Assembly (NCBI GenBank): GCA_963836605.1
Contig: CAWIKB010000008.1
Span: 135,233-199,232, forward strand
Source: an uncultured Acidimicrobiaceae bacterium
GTDB taxonomy: Bacteria > Actinomycetota > Acidimicrobiia > Acidimicrobiales > RAAP-2
Length of the DNA stretch: 64,000 nt
Direction: 5' to 3'
Positions 27,071 to 35,162 of this stretch are shown piece by piece. The notes under the pieces were generated by a model. The model saw only the letters and a list, made by a program, of their open reading frames with translations. It was not told where the DNA came from and searched no databases. The position numbers were made by a program, and so were the translations under genes. How positions within the stretch are numbered: the stretch's first letter is position 1; each line of letters starts with the position of its first letter.

Positions 27071-27856
27071 ATGAGCGACAGCCCGCCCTACGCCCGCCGT
27101 CTCGTCGACAAGGTGGCGGTGGTCACCGGTGGGGCCAGTGGCCTCGGCCGGGCCATGTGCGAACGGTTCGCCGCCGAAGGCGCCCGGGTGGCGGTGGTCG
27201 ACGTCGACGAAGCCAAAGGGAGCGAGCTGGCCCAGGGGATCGGCGGCATGTTCATCGGAGCCGACGTGACGTCCGCCCCCGCCGTCGAGGCCCTGTACGA
27301 GGCGGTGGCCGGCCGCTTCGGCGGCATCGACATCTGCTGCAACAACGCCGGGATCAGCCCGCCCGACGACGACTCGATCCTCGACACGGGCCTCGACGCC
27401 TGGGAGCGGGTGCAGGAGGTCAACCTGACCTCGGTCTTCCTGTGCTGCAAATGGGGCATCCCCCACCTGCAGGCCCGGGGGGGCGGATCGGTCATCAACA
27501 CGGCCTCGTTCGTGGCCACCATGGGCGCGGCGACCAGCCAGATCAGCTACACCGCCAGCAAGGGCGGCGTCCTGGCCATGTCGCGCGAGCTCGGGGTGCA
27601 GTTCGCCCGCCAGGGCATCCGGGTCAACGCCTTGTGCCCGGGCCCGGTCAACACCCCGCTCCTCCAGGAGCTCTTCGCCAAGGATCCCGAACGGGCGGCC
27701 CGCCGCCTGGTGCATATCCCCATGGGGCGCTTCGGCGAGGCCACAGAGATCGCCGCGGCGGCGGCGTTCCTGGCCTCGGATGACGCATCGTTCATCACCG
27801 CCGCCACCTTTCTGGTCGACGGCGGGATCTCCGCGGCCTACGTCACGCCGCTCTGA
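27071..27856 (+). CDS. short-chain dehydrogenase/reductase (3-oxoacyl-ACP reductase-like SDR)
   Basis: VAVVTGGASGLGRA (TGxxxGxG), NNAG, the catalytic YTASKGGV, and the C-terminal ASDDASFITAATFLVDGG. Confidence 0.9.
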   Translation: MSDSPPYARRLVDKVAVVTGGASGLGRAMCERFAAEGARVAVVDVDEAKGSELAQGIGGMFIGADVTSAPAVEALYEAVAGRFGGIDICCNNAGISPPDDDSILDTGLDAWERVQEVNLTSVFLCCKWGIPHLQARGGGSVINTASFVATMGAATSQISYTASKGGVLAMSRELGVQFARQGIRVNALCPGPVNTPLLQELFAKDPERAARRLVHIPMGRFGEATEIAAAAAFLASDDASFITAATFLVDGGISAAYVTPL

Positions 27857-27859
27857 CAG

Positions 27860-29008
27860 CTATCCGCCGGCCAGGTTGGAGCCCAGGTACGGACCTTGGG
27901 CATTGAAGCCGAGGCGCGCCATCACCGCCGGACGAGGGGTTCCGTTGTAGGGGATGTTGGAGTGGAATGGGGTGTAGACGAGCCAGATACCGCCGTTGGG
28001 GCCGGTGAAGAGGGACGGTTCGCCCGGACCGGCACCCTGGGCGTTGCTGGCCAAGAAGGGGGTGGTCGAAGTGTCGGCGCAGGGGCCGAGTGGCCCGTTA
28101 CACCGGGCCACGCCGATGGCGTAGTCGTCCTGGTTGAACCAGTTGCCCGAATAGAACAGGTAGTACTTCCCGTGCACTTCGAAGAGGTCCGGCGCCTCGA
28201 CGATGCGGCCCTGCCAGGTCTCATCCGGGCTGAAGATCTGGGTGGGCTGGCCGAGCAGATGCTCGCCGTCGGCACTCAGCGGTTGACTGTAGATGTGGGT
28301 GTGCGAGGTGCCGTTGACATCTGAGTTCTCGTCTGATTTCCAGGTCATGTAGGGCGTGCCGTTGCTGTCGACGAAGGTCCGCGGATCGATGGAGCCCCCG
28401 TCGGCCCTCTGGCAGATGAACGGGGTGGGGGCGGCGTCGTAGGGTCCCCCGATGCTGGTGGCGGTGGCGTCGCCGATGCATTCGATGCGAGGGTAGACAT
28501 TCTGCAGCCAGGAGCTGAAGTAGAGCACGTAGTGGTCGCCGAACTGGTGGATCTCGGGGGCCGAGGTGCCACCACCCAGCGCCCAGGGGGGCAGGTACGG
28601 AAGGGCGTCGACGACCGAGCTCCACGTGTTGATGGTGGTTCCATAGACCTCGGGGATGTTGGCCAGGTTCTGGCCCTGCGACCCGAGGAGGTAGTAGGTG
28701 CCGTTCTGGAAGATCAACAACGGGTCGGACATGTCCTGCCCGTTGCTGATCGTGAGGGCGGGCCGAGTCGGGTCGGCAGCGGGTGGTGGGTTGTAGTCCA
28801 GTGCCGGGGGGTCCGGCGCCTTGGTCGTCGTGGTCGTGGTGCTCTGGGCGGTGACCGGCGGGTGCGCCACGGTCGCCGTGGCCCTCGGTGGCGTGGTGGA
28901 CCCGGGGCCGACGAGCAGCAAGACGCCGGTCGTCGCGAGTGCGACGACGACCACGGTGACGACGTAGGAGGCCAGGCTGCCGCGCCGCGGTCGGAGGCGT
29001 TTCAGCAT
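27860..29008 (-). CDS. secreted/membrane-anchored glycoside hydrolase family 43-like (five-bladed beta-propeller) protein
   Basis: MLKRLRPRRG, a TM helix and a T-rich linker. GH43-like blades follow (DPLLIFQNGTYYLLGS, APEIHQFGDHYVLYFS, GGSIDPRTFVDSNGTPYMTWK, IVEAPDLFEVHGKYYLFYSGN, GPGEPSLFTGPNGGIWLVY). ATG 29008 was chosen over the longer ORF. Confidence 0.75.
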   Translation of the reverse strand: MLKRLRPRRGSLASYVVTVVVVALATTGVLLLVGPGSTTPPRATATVAHPPVTAQSTTTTTTKAPDPPALDYNPPPAADPTRPALTISNGQDMSDPLLIFQNGTYYLLGSQGQNLANIPEVYGTTINTWSSVVDALPYLPPWALGGGTSAPEIHQFGDHYVLYFSSWLQNVYPRIECIGDATATSIGGPYDAAPTPFICQRADGGSIDPRTFVDSNGTPYMTWKSDENSDVNGTSHTHIYSQPLSADGEHLLGQPTQIFSPDETWQGRIVEAPDLFEVHGKYYLFYSGNWFNQDDYAIGVARCNGPLGPCADTSTTPFLASNAQGAGPGEPSLFTGPNGGIWLVYTPFHSNIPYNGTPRPAVMARLGFNAQGPYLGSNLAGG

Positions 29009-29074
29009 GGGGAAGAGTTGGGGAAACACGACAGTTGCCCTGGGGACGACGGGGCAAAAGGTGGGGAGAAGGTC

Positions 29075-29092
29075 GGGATTTCGCGAATTCCC
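29075..29092. promoter_or_regulatory. 18-bp near-perfect palindrome GGGATTTCG/CGAATTCCC about 70 nt upstream of the GH43-like gene
   Basis: Read directly. There is one mismatch from perfect dyad symmetry. Position and form fit a dimeric repressor operator, but no regulator was identified. Confidence 0.25.
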
Positions 29093-29157
29093 ATTGACCT
29101 GGTGTGACGAGTAGCGCAACCTGTCACCAGTTCGGAGACAGAAGCCCGCCGAACCCC

Positions 29158-29300
29158 AACCGAGCACCGCAAGGTGGGAGGAAGGGAAGCCGGAAGGAAC
29201 GCCGCAAGGCAGCACCGAAGGTGGCCGAGAGAAAGCCGCAAGGCTGGACCGAGGGTCGGCTTTGAGTCCCGCAAGGGGCTCGCGGTCGGAGCGGGGGGAA
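29158..29300 (+). repeat. four degenerate ~34-nt tandem units, each with a CCGCAAGG (GCAA-capped) hairpin plus a second small hairpin
   Basis: CCGCAAGG occurs at 29167, 29202, 29236 and 29269 (spacing 35/34/33). Flanks are complementary (cacc/ggtg, gcc/ggc, agcc/ggct, tccc/gggg). Secondary hairpins are caccGAAGgtgg, gaccGAGggtc and gctcGCGGTCGgagc. Confidence 0.75.
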
Positions 29301-29529
29301 GGAACCGAATGATGACGGTCCGTGCAACGGAACGGTGACTTCCCTGGAGTCGCCGGGCCAGGCCCGGGTCGGGATTGTCCGACACGATCCCGGCACGATG
29401 CCAGCGGGACGTCGCAGACGTGGCCCCGAGGAGCACGGGAGGCTTCGGCCGAACGGTTACTCGGGGTTGCGTCGCGCCCGGGGTCATACCCGGGACGATA
29501 ATTCACGCGGGCGCACCCGGGAGCGCGGT

Positions 29530-29569
29530 CCGGTTGAGTCGGCCGGTTCAGTCGGCCGGTTCAATCCGG
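29530..29569. repeat. 13-bp tandem repeat x3 spanning the stop codon of the nucleotidyltransferase gene
   Basis: ccggttgagtcgg / ccggttcagtcgg / ccggttcaatccgg. The stop codon (complement of tca, 29561-29563) lies in the third copy. Confidence 0.85.
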
Positions 29570-30424
29570 TGGGCTCCACAGGGTGGCCGGGCGCTCACCG
29601 CGGCCGATCTGGCGGCTCAGCTCCGCCTGGACCAGGCCCAGGTCGTCGGGGTGGGTCACCCCGATGCAGCGACCCGAGGCCGGGAGGACCGCGAAGGTGG
29701 TCGTGCCCAGGGACTGGGCCACCACTTCGGGCAGCAGGACCTCGGCTTCGACGGAAGCTCCCGTGGCTGCATCCATGGCGGTGCGCAACCTCTGGTGGAA
29801 GGAGGGCGTGAAGCCCCACAGGTTCATCGACACCCGGGCGTCCGGCGAGAGCGCCTCGGGCTGACGTCCGTCGGCGGATCGGAAGCCCCCGTCCCCGGTG
29901 GCGGTGACCAGCCGCCGCTCGTCCACGCCCAGGAGCTGACCGTCCGTCGATACCCGGCAGATACCCCGGGTGACCGGCGACCGCCCGATCACGGCGTCGG
30001 CCAGGCGAAAGCCGACCAGGGCGTCGGTGGGCCGGCGACCGCCCAGGTGCCCCGCCAGCAGCCCGGTGGCGGCCGGCCCGTAGACGTCGTCGGCGTTGCC
30101 CACGCCGTAGGGCGTGTCGCCCACGTGGGGGGAGGCGGCCAGCACTGCGTCGACGGTGCCCAGTGGGGCCTTCTGCAGGGCGAAGGCCACATCGACGCTC
30201 TTGGGCCAGACGTGGTCGACGTGATAGCGGATGGCCGGTCCCGTGTCCGGTCCGAGCACCAGCACAATCGTCCCGAAGCCGGCCCGCCGGGCGTCACTGG
30301 CGACCAGATCGAGCACCGCTTCGCCCCCGGGGCCCACCGGGGCCAGGGGTTTGCAGCCGCCGTAGCGACGGGCCCGGCCGGCCGCCAGGATGACGAAGGG
30401 TGGTGCGGCTCGAGGACCGGTCAC
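29561..30424 (-). CDS. sugar-phosphate nucleotidyltransferase family protein (NTP_transferase fold)
   Basis: N-terminal FVILAAGRARRYGGCKPLAPVG (LAAGxGxRxG-K loop). A central MNLWGFTPSF motif and ...CIGVTHPDDL are typical of this family. GTG 30424 overlaps the fabH stop (GTGA). Confidence 0.7.
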   Translation of the reverse strand: MTGPRAAPPFVILAAGRARRYGGCKPLAPVGPGGEAVLDLVASDARRAGFGTIVLVLGPDTGPAIRYHVDHVWPKSVDVAFALQKAPLGTVDAVLAASPHVGDTPYGVGNADDVYGPAATGLLAGHLGGRRPTDALVGFRLADAVIGRSPVTRGICRVSTDGQLLGVDERRLVTATGDGGFRSADGRQPEALSPDARVSMNLWGFTPSFHQRLRTAMDAATGASVEAEVLLPEVVAQSLGTTTFAVLPASGRCIGVTHPDDLGLVQAELSRQIGRGERPATLWSPPD

Positions 30425-31347
30425 ACGCCCCAGCGGAGGACGGCGCTGGCCCAGGTCATGCCCCCGCCGAAGCCGGCCAGCAGGAGATGGTCGCCGGGGT
30501 GGATACGGCCGGTGTCGAGGGCGTCCTGCAGGGCCAGGGGGATGGAGGCCGACGAGGTGTTGCCGTAGCGGTCGATGACCGAGACGGACCGCTCCTCGGG
30601 GATGCCCAGCCGCTGGCACACCGCCTGGATGATGCGCAGGTTGGCCTGGTGGGGCACGAGCAGCGCGATGTCGTCGGGGCCGAGGCCGGCGTCGGCCATG
30701 GCCTGCTCGGTCGACTCGACCACGGCGCGGACGGCCTTGCGGAAGACCTCCTTGCCGTCCATGGTGAGGAAGCCCCCGTGCTCGGCCTTGAGCAGATGCC
30801 GCAGGGAGCCGTCGGAGTTGAGGTTCCAGCTCAGCAGCTGACCGGGTCCGTCGACCGGCTCGATCACCACGGCGCCGGCGCCGTCGCCCACGATGACGGC
30901 CAGGGACCGGTCGTCCCAGTCGGTGATCTTCGACAGTGTCTCCGAGCCGATGAGGAGAATGGGACCGGACCCGCTGGCGATGAGCCCGGCCACGGTGACG
31001 ATGCCGTAGACGAACCCCGAGCAGGCCGCATTGATGTCGAAGGCGCCGCCGGTGATCCCCAGGCCGTCCTGGACGGTGGGGGCGGTACCCGGGACGACGC
31101 TGTCGGGGGTGGTCGTCGCCAGGATCAGATGGTCGATGTCGGCCGCGGTGCGACCAGCGTCCTTCAGCGCGGCCGCCCCGGCCTCAATGGCCAGGCCCGA
31201 GGTGGTGCCCCCGATGTGGCGCTGGCGGATGCCGGTGCGTTCGACGATCCAGCTGTCACTGGTATCGAGGCTGGCGGCCAGGTCGTCGTTGGTCACGATC
31301 TTGTCCGGCACGGCGATGCCGCAGCCGGTGATGCGGATGCCCCTCAC
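30421..31347 (-). CDS. fabH: 3-oxoacyl-ACP synthase III (KAS III, FabH-like)
   Basis: VRGIRITGCGIAVPDKIVTNDDL.... The Cys-His-Asn triad contexts are present: NAACSGFVYG, VPHQANLRII, YGNTSSASIP. GTG 31347 overlaps the thiolase stop (GTGA). Confidence 0.88.
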   Translation of the reverse strand: MRGIRITGCGIAVPDKIVTNDDLAASLDTSDSWIVERTGIRQRHIGGTTSGLAIEAGAAALKDAGRTAADIDHLILATTTPDSVVPGTAPTVQDGLGITGGAFDINAACSGFVYGIVTVAGLIASGSGPILLIGSETLSKITDWDDRSLAVIVGDGAGAVVIEPVDGPGQLLSWNLNSDGSLRHLLKAEHGGFLTMDGKEVFRKAVRAVVESTEQAMADAGLGPDDIALLVPHQANLRIIQAVCQRLGIPEERSVSVIDRYGNTSSASIPLALQDALDTGRIHPGDHLLLAGFGGGMTWASAVLRWGV

Positions 31348-32540
31348 GATCCGGGTCCCGCGGCGAGGGCGTGGATGGCGATGAAGCCGGCATCCCCCTC
31401 GATGATGCCGCCCGAATTGACGGCCAGGCCGAGACGGACGCCCTCGAGCTGGCGCCCCGTGGCGCGGCCGCGCAGCTGGTTGGCCAATTCGACCACCTGG
31501 GCCAGTCCGGTGGCCCCGAGGGGGTGCCCGCGGCCGACCAGGCCTCCGGACGAGTTGACCACCAGACCGGGCGTGTCGACGCCGGTATGGCCCGCTTCGG
31601 TGGCCGGACCCGCCTGTCCCTCCTTGAAGAGGCCGAGGGACTCGAGGGCGTAGAGCTCCTCGGCCGCGGTGGCGTCGTGCAACTCGACCAGGTCGAAGTC
31701 GGCGGGACCCATTCCCGCGGCCTCCCACGCCGCGTCCGCGGTCTGGGTCATGCGGTCGTGATAGTCGAGCAAGCCGTTGCCGGAACGGGCCACCGACGCG
31801 ATGATACGGGGGGCGGGTCCGGGCGCCGGAACCGAGGGCCCGGCCACCACCACGGCGGCCGCACCGTCGGTGAAGGAACTGCACATGAGCCGGGTCAAGA
31901 TGCCGGCCACCTGAGGCGCGGCCAGCACCTCCTCGATGCTGGTCGTGCGCTGGCACTGGGCCAGCGGATTGCGCGCTGCGTGGTCGAATGCCTTGACCGC
32001 GGCGGCGGCGATCTGGCGCAGGTTCACCCCCCGCTCGGCCATCATCCGCCGGCCCCAGGCATCGTTGAGGCCCATGAGGATGCTGCCGGCCGGGTTGTCC
32101 TCGACGTCGAGGAGCCGGTGGTGCAGGTCGAGCCGGTAGTCGGCCGGCAACCCGTCCTCGATCCCGGCCATGGTCTGGGCCCGGTCGCCCGTCCACATCT
32201 TCTCCACTCCGACCGCCAGCACCGGCCGGTCCTCGGCCGCCGCCACCAGGGTGGCCAGGTGCAGAGCGGAACTGCCCCCGGCGCACGAGTTGTCCACGTT
32301 GACGATGGCCACGTCATTGAGGCCGGCCTTGCGCAGCCAGGACTGACCGCGGACACAGGCCTGGTTGTTCAGTCGCCCCGCCGTGGCGTTGCCGAAGACG
32401 ACCAGGCCGAGTTCGGCCGGGCCGACGCCGGCGTCGGCCAGGGCCTCGTGGACGGCCTGGTAGGCCATGGTCTCGGGCGAGAGGTCACGCCGGCTCATGT
32501 CGGTCATGCCGGTGCCCAAAATGGCGGGGAAGTTGTTCAT
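31344..32540 (-). CDS. thiolase-fold protein (SCP-x / lipid-transfer-protein type thiolase)
   Basis: ILGTGMTDMSRR...NVDNSCAGGSSALHLA (active-site Cys context)...ELHDATAAEELYALESLGL...SGGLVGRGHPLGATGLAQVVELANQLRG. Confidence 0.82.
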   Translation of the reverse strand: MNNFPAILGTGMTDMSRRDLSPETMAYQAVHEALADAGVGPAELGLVVFGNATAGRLNNQACVRGQSWLRKAGLNDVAIVNVDNSCAGGSSALHLATLVAAAEDRPVLAVGVEKMWTGDRAQTMAGIEDGLPADYRLDLHHRLLDVEDNPAGSILMGLNDAWGRRMMAERGVNLRQIAAAAVKAFDHAARNPLAQCQRTTSIEEVLAAPQVAGILTRLMCSSFTDGAAAVVVAGPSVPAPGPAPRIIASVARSGNGLLDYHDRMTQTADAAWEAAGMGPADFDLVELHDATAAEELYALESLGLFKEGQAGPATEAGHTGVDTPGLVVNSSGGLVGRGHPLGATGLAQVVELANQLRGRATGRQLEGVRLGLAVNSGGIIEGDAGFIAIHALAAGPGS

Positions 32541-32602
32541 GGGGCGGAGATGTTGTTCATTGGGGCGGAGAAGTTGTTCATTGGGAGGCGGAAGTTGTTC
32601 AT
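32527..32602 (-). repeat. tandem 20-21-bp copies of the thiolase translation start, creating a 21-codon upstream ORF
   Basis: On the minus strand ATGAACAAC occurs four times (starts at 32602, 32581, 32560, 32540). The first three are in frame and read MNNFRLPMNNFSAPMNNISAP. The TGA stop overlaps the thiolase ATG (ATGA). Confidence 0.85.
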
Positions 32603-32612
32603 GGGGGCCCCA

Positions 32613-33584
32613 TCAGGCTACGCCGACCGGGACCGCGGCGGATCCGACGAAGGCGGCTCGCAGGGAGCGGAAATGGGCCAAGGCCCCGGTCCCGGCCACC
32701 ATCACCACGATGTGGCGGGCCCCGGCCTCGGCGAAGCGGGTCAGCTCGGCGGCACAGGTATCGGGCGGTCCGGCCACCAGATGGCGATGAAAGGCCTTGG
32801 GGGGAAGCCCGTAGAGCTCGGAGAGCCACGCCGACCCCTGCACGCGCGCGACGTCACCGTCCGGTCCGACGTGGACGAAGGCCACCACGGCCGGCAGCAC
32901 GGCGTCGGGGGTCCGACCGGCCGCTTCGGTCTCCTCCCGCAAGGCCGTGAGGGCGGTTCCGTATTCGTCGGGATCCAGGAACAGGGGAACCCAGCCGTCG
33001 CCGACAGCGGCCGCCCGGCGGCGGGCGGCCGCGCTGGACCCGCCGATCCACAGCGGCACGGGAGGGGAAGGCGGAAGTTGACGGTACTGCGGCGCCGGAT
33101 CGCCCGCGCTGGCCCAGGCCTGCCGCACCGCGGCGAGGCCGGCGTCCATCAGGCGGCCGCGCCGGTGGAAGTCGACCCCGGCCCGGGCGTACTCGCCGGC
33201 ATGGATGCCCACGCCCACGCCCAGCACGAAGCGGCCGTCGGACAGGTGCTGCAACGCGGTGACCTCCTTGGCCACCACCGCCGGCTGGCGAAGGGGGAGT
33301 TGGAGGACGCAGCTCCCCAGGGTGAGGTGCTCGGTGGCGGTGGCCGCCACAGCCAGCGTGGTCAGGCACTCGTTGATGGGATGCGGCCAGAAGAGATGGT
33401 CGACCGCCCACAACGAGTCGGCTCCGGACACCTCGGCCCGGCGGCACAGCTCGGTGAGATCACCGGCGGTCCCAGAGGTAATACTGTGGGTAGTACCACT
33501 TTCGAGGGGCAATTCTCCCTGCAAGGTGGCGGGGAGGATCAATCCGAGAGCCGGACGACGCACTCCGTTTCCTACCGGCGTCAC
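32613..33584 (-). CDS. LLM-class F420-dependent oxidoreductase
   Basis: AEVSGADSLWAVDHLFWP...LTLGSCVLQLPLRQPAVVAKEVTALQHLSDGRFVLGVGVG...PLWIGGSS...GDGWVP is an LLM/F420-type signature. The exact start is uncertain (GTG 33584 or a downstream GTG). Confidence 0.82.
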   Translation of the reverse strand: MTPVGNGVRRPALGLILPATLQGELPLESGTTHSITSGTAGDLTELCRRAEVSGADSLWAVDHLFWPHPINECLTTLAVAATATEHLTLGSCVLQLPLRQPAVVAKEVTALQHLSDGRFVLGVGVGIHAGEYARAGVDFHRRGRLMDAGLAAVRQAWASAGDPAPQYRQLPPSPPVPLWIGGSSAAARRRAAAVGDGWVPLFLDPDEYGTALTALREETEAAGRTPDAVLPAVVAFVHVGPDGDVARVQGSAWLSELYGLPPKAFHRHLVAGPPDTCAAELTRFAEAGARHIVVMVAGTGALAHFRSLRAAFVGSAAVPVGVA

Positions 33585-33628
33585 ACCATCATGTTACGCG
33601 CCAGCGCCTGCGCTGCCCATTCCGGGCA

Positions 33629-34084
33629 TCATGGTCCGGCCACCGCGCCCGTCGCGCCCCCGGGGGCTCCCAGAACGGCCAAGCTGCAGCGGGCGGCGCA
33701 GATGGTCCGACCTTCGTCATCGGTGAGGGTGATGGCCCAGACCTGGACGGTTCGACCGGCGCGCAGCGGGGTCGCCGTGGCGGTGAGATGCCCGTCGCGC
33801 ACCGAACGAAGGTGGCTGGCGTTGAGCTCGATCCCGACCACCTGGCGGTCGGGTCCGGCGGCCAACGACGCGCCGAAGCTGGCGGCCGACTCGGCCAGGA
33901 GCGCGGACACCCCGCCGTGGAGGATGCCGTAGGGCTGATGGACCTTCCAGGTCACCGGGAGGCGGAGCACGACGCATTCAGGTCCCGCCTCGAGCACCTC
34001 GACGTCGAGCAGTTCGTGGATGTCGTGCCGCCCGCTGGGAAAGGGCTGGCGCTCATCGGGCTCGGTCGGAGGGGGAGCGGACAC
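33629..34084 (-). CDS. PaaI-family (hotdog fold) thioesterase
   Basis: VHQPYGILHGGVSALLAESAASFGA...ELNASHLRSVRDGHLTATATPLRAGRTVQVWAITLTDDEGR is the typical PaaI/4HBT class II motif. Confidence 0.85.
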   Translation of the reverse strand: MSAPPPTEPDERQPFPSGRHDIHELLDVEVLEAGPECVVLRLPVTWKVHQPYGILHGGVSALLAESAASFGASLAAGPDRQVVGIELNASHLRSVRDGHLTATATPLRAGRTVQVWAITLTDDEGRTICAARCSLAVLGAPGGATGAVAGP

Positions 34085-34120
34085 GGCGGGATGTTACCGG
34101 TGCTCCGTTAGGCTCGTCGC

Positions 34121-35140
34121 GTGGCCGACGTGGTCGATCTGCGCAGCGACACCGTCACCCAGCCCACCCCGGCGATGCGCCGGGCCATGGCCGAGGCGGA
34201 GGTCGGGGACGACGACTACGGGGAGGATCCCACGGTCCGTGCCCTCGAGGAGGCGTTCGCGCAACGGCTGGGCAAGCCCGCCGCCCTCTTCGTGCCCTCG
34301 GGGACCATGGCCAACCAAATTGCCGTACGGGTCCTGACCACGGCCGGCACCGCCGTGGTGGCCGGGGCGCGCCACCACGTGGTGGCCTACGAGTACGGGG
34401 CGGCGGCCCGCAATGCGGGGGTGCAGTTCCACTGCGTCGACGACGGAGACGGCATGCTCGCTCCGGCGGACGTGGTCTGGGCGCGCTCGGCGGCCTCGCA
34501 CCACCACCCCGCCCTCTCCCTCATCAGCCTGGAGAACACGCACATGGCGGCGTCCGGTGCGCCCTGGACCATGGAGGGGCTCCGGGCCGTGAAGGATGCG
34601 GCCGGGGACCTGCCCATCCACCTCGACGGCGCCAGGCTGTTCAACGCCGAGGTCGCCACCGGTATCCCGGCGAGGCGATGGGCGGCGGCGGTCACCACGG
34701 TCATGTGCTGCCTCTCCAAGGGATTGTGTGCGCCCGTGGGTTCGCTGCTGGCCGGTTCGGCCGGGGTGATAGAGCAGGGTCGTCTGGAGCGCAAACGCCT
34801 GGGTGGCGGCATGCGCCAGGCCGGAGTGCTGGCCGCACCGGGCCTGGTGGCCCTGTGCGACATGGTCGAGCGGCTGGCCGAGGACCATGTCCGGGCGGCC
34901 CGGCTGGCCGACGCCGTGGCCGGGCGCTGGCCGACCTGCGGTCTCGATCCCGCGTCGGTGAAAACCAACATCGTGACCTTCGCGCACCACGAGCCGGAGG
35001 AGTTGCTGGCGCACCTGGGTGCCCGCGGCGTGCTGGCCGGCACCATCGCTCCGCAGACGGTGCGCCTGGTCACCCACCACGATGTCGACGATGCCGGCCT
35101 GGAGCGGGCCATCGGCGCGCTGACCAGTGCGCCGAGTTGA
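34121..35140 (+). CDS. ltaE: low-specificity L-threonine aldolase (PLP-dependent)
   Basis: [59 protein letters not shown]...DGARLFNA...[12 protein letters not shown] (PLP lysine context). Confidence 0.88.
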   Translation: MADVVDLRSDTVTQPTPAMRRAMAEAEVGDDDYGEDPTVRALEEAFAQRLGKPAALFVPSGTMANQIAVRVLTTAGTAVVAGARHHVVAYEYGAAARNAGVQFHCVDDGDGMLAPADVVWARSAASHHHPALSLISLENTHMAASGAPWTMEGLRAVKDAAGDLPIHLDGARLFNAEVATGIPARRWAAAVTTVMCCLSKGLCAPVGSLLAGSAGVIEQGRLERKRLGGGMRQAGVLAAPGLVALCDMVERLAEDHVRAARLADAVAGRWPTCGLDPASVKTNIVTFAHHEPEELLAHLGARGVLAGTIAPQTVRLVTHHDVDDAGLERAIGALTSAPS

Positions 35141-35162
35141 CGCGCGCAGTCGAGAGGAGACC

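Noticed and set aside
29160-29340. Resemblance to RNase P (gaggaagggaagccgg; gaatgatgacggtcc), SRP RNA (gccGGAAggaacgccgcaaggcag) or a cobalamin riboswitch (GGGAAgccGG...).
   Set aside because: The invariant cores are absent (GAGGAAAGUCCGG and ACAGAAnCCGGC for RNase P; GGAAGCAGC for SRP domain IV; CCCGCCACUGU and the B12 box for cobalamin). The spacing of the look-alike segments is also wrong, about 130 nt instead of more than 300 for RNase P P4 strands.
29009-29506. In-frame upstream extension of the GH43-like ORF (548 aa in the track).
   Set aside because: The extra 165 residues are compositionally non-protein-like (Arg/Pro/Ser-rich, PCG repeats caused by the CCGCAAGG hairpins). A conventional signal/TM N-terminus begins at ATG 29008.
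29545-29577. tRNA/tmRNA-like 3' end (GGTTCAATCCGG...GCTCCACA).
   Set aside because: The stem would enclose a 6-nt rather than 7-nt T-loop, and no acceptor or D-arm partner exists. The sequence is the third copy of a 13-bp tandem repeat and contains the stop codon of the nucleotidyltransferase gene.
32599-32613. Treating the 4-codon ORF MGPP as a gene.
   Set aside because: It is far too short to call as a feature. It is mentioned only as part of the stop/start overlap chain in the corresponding finding.
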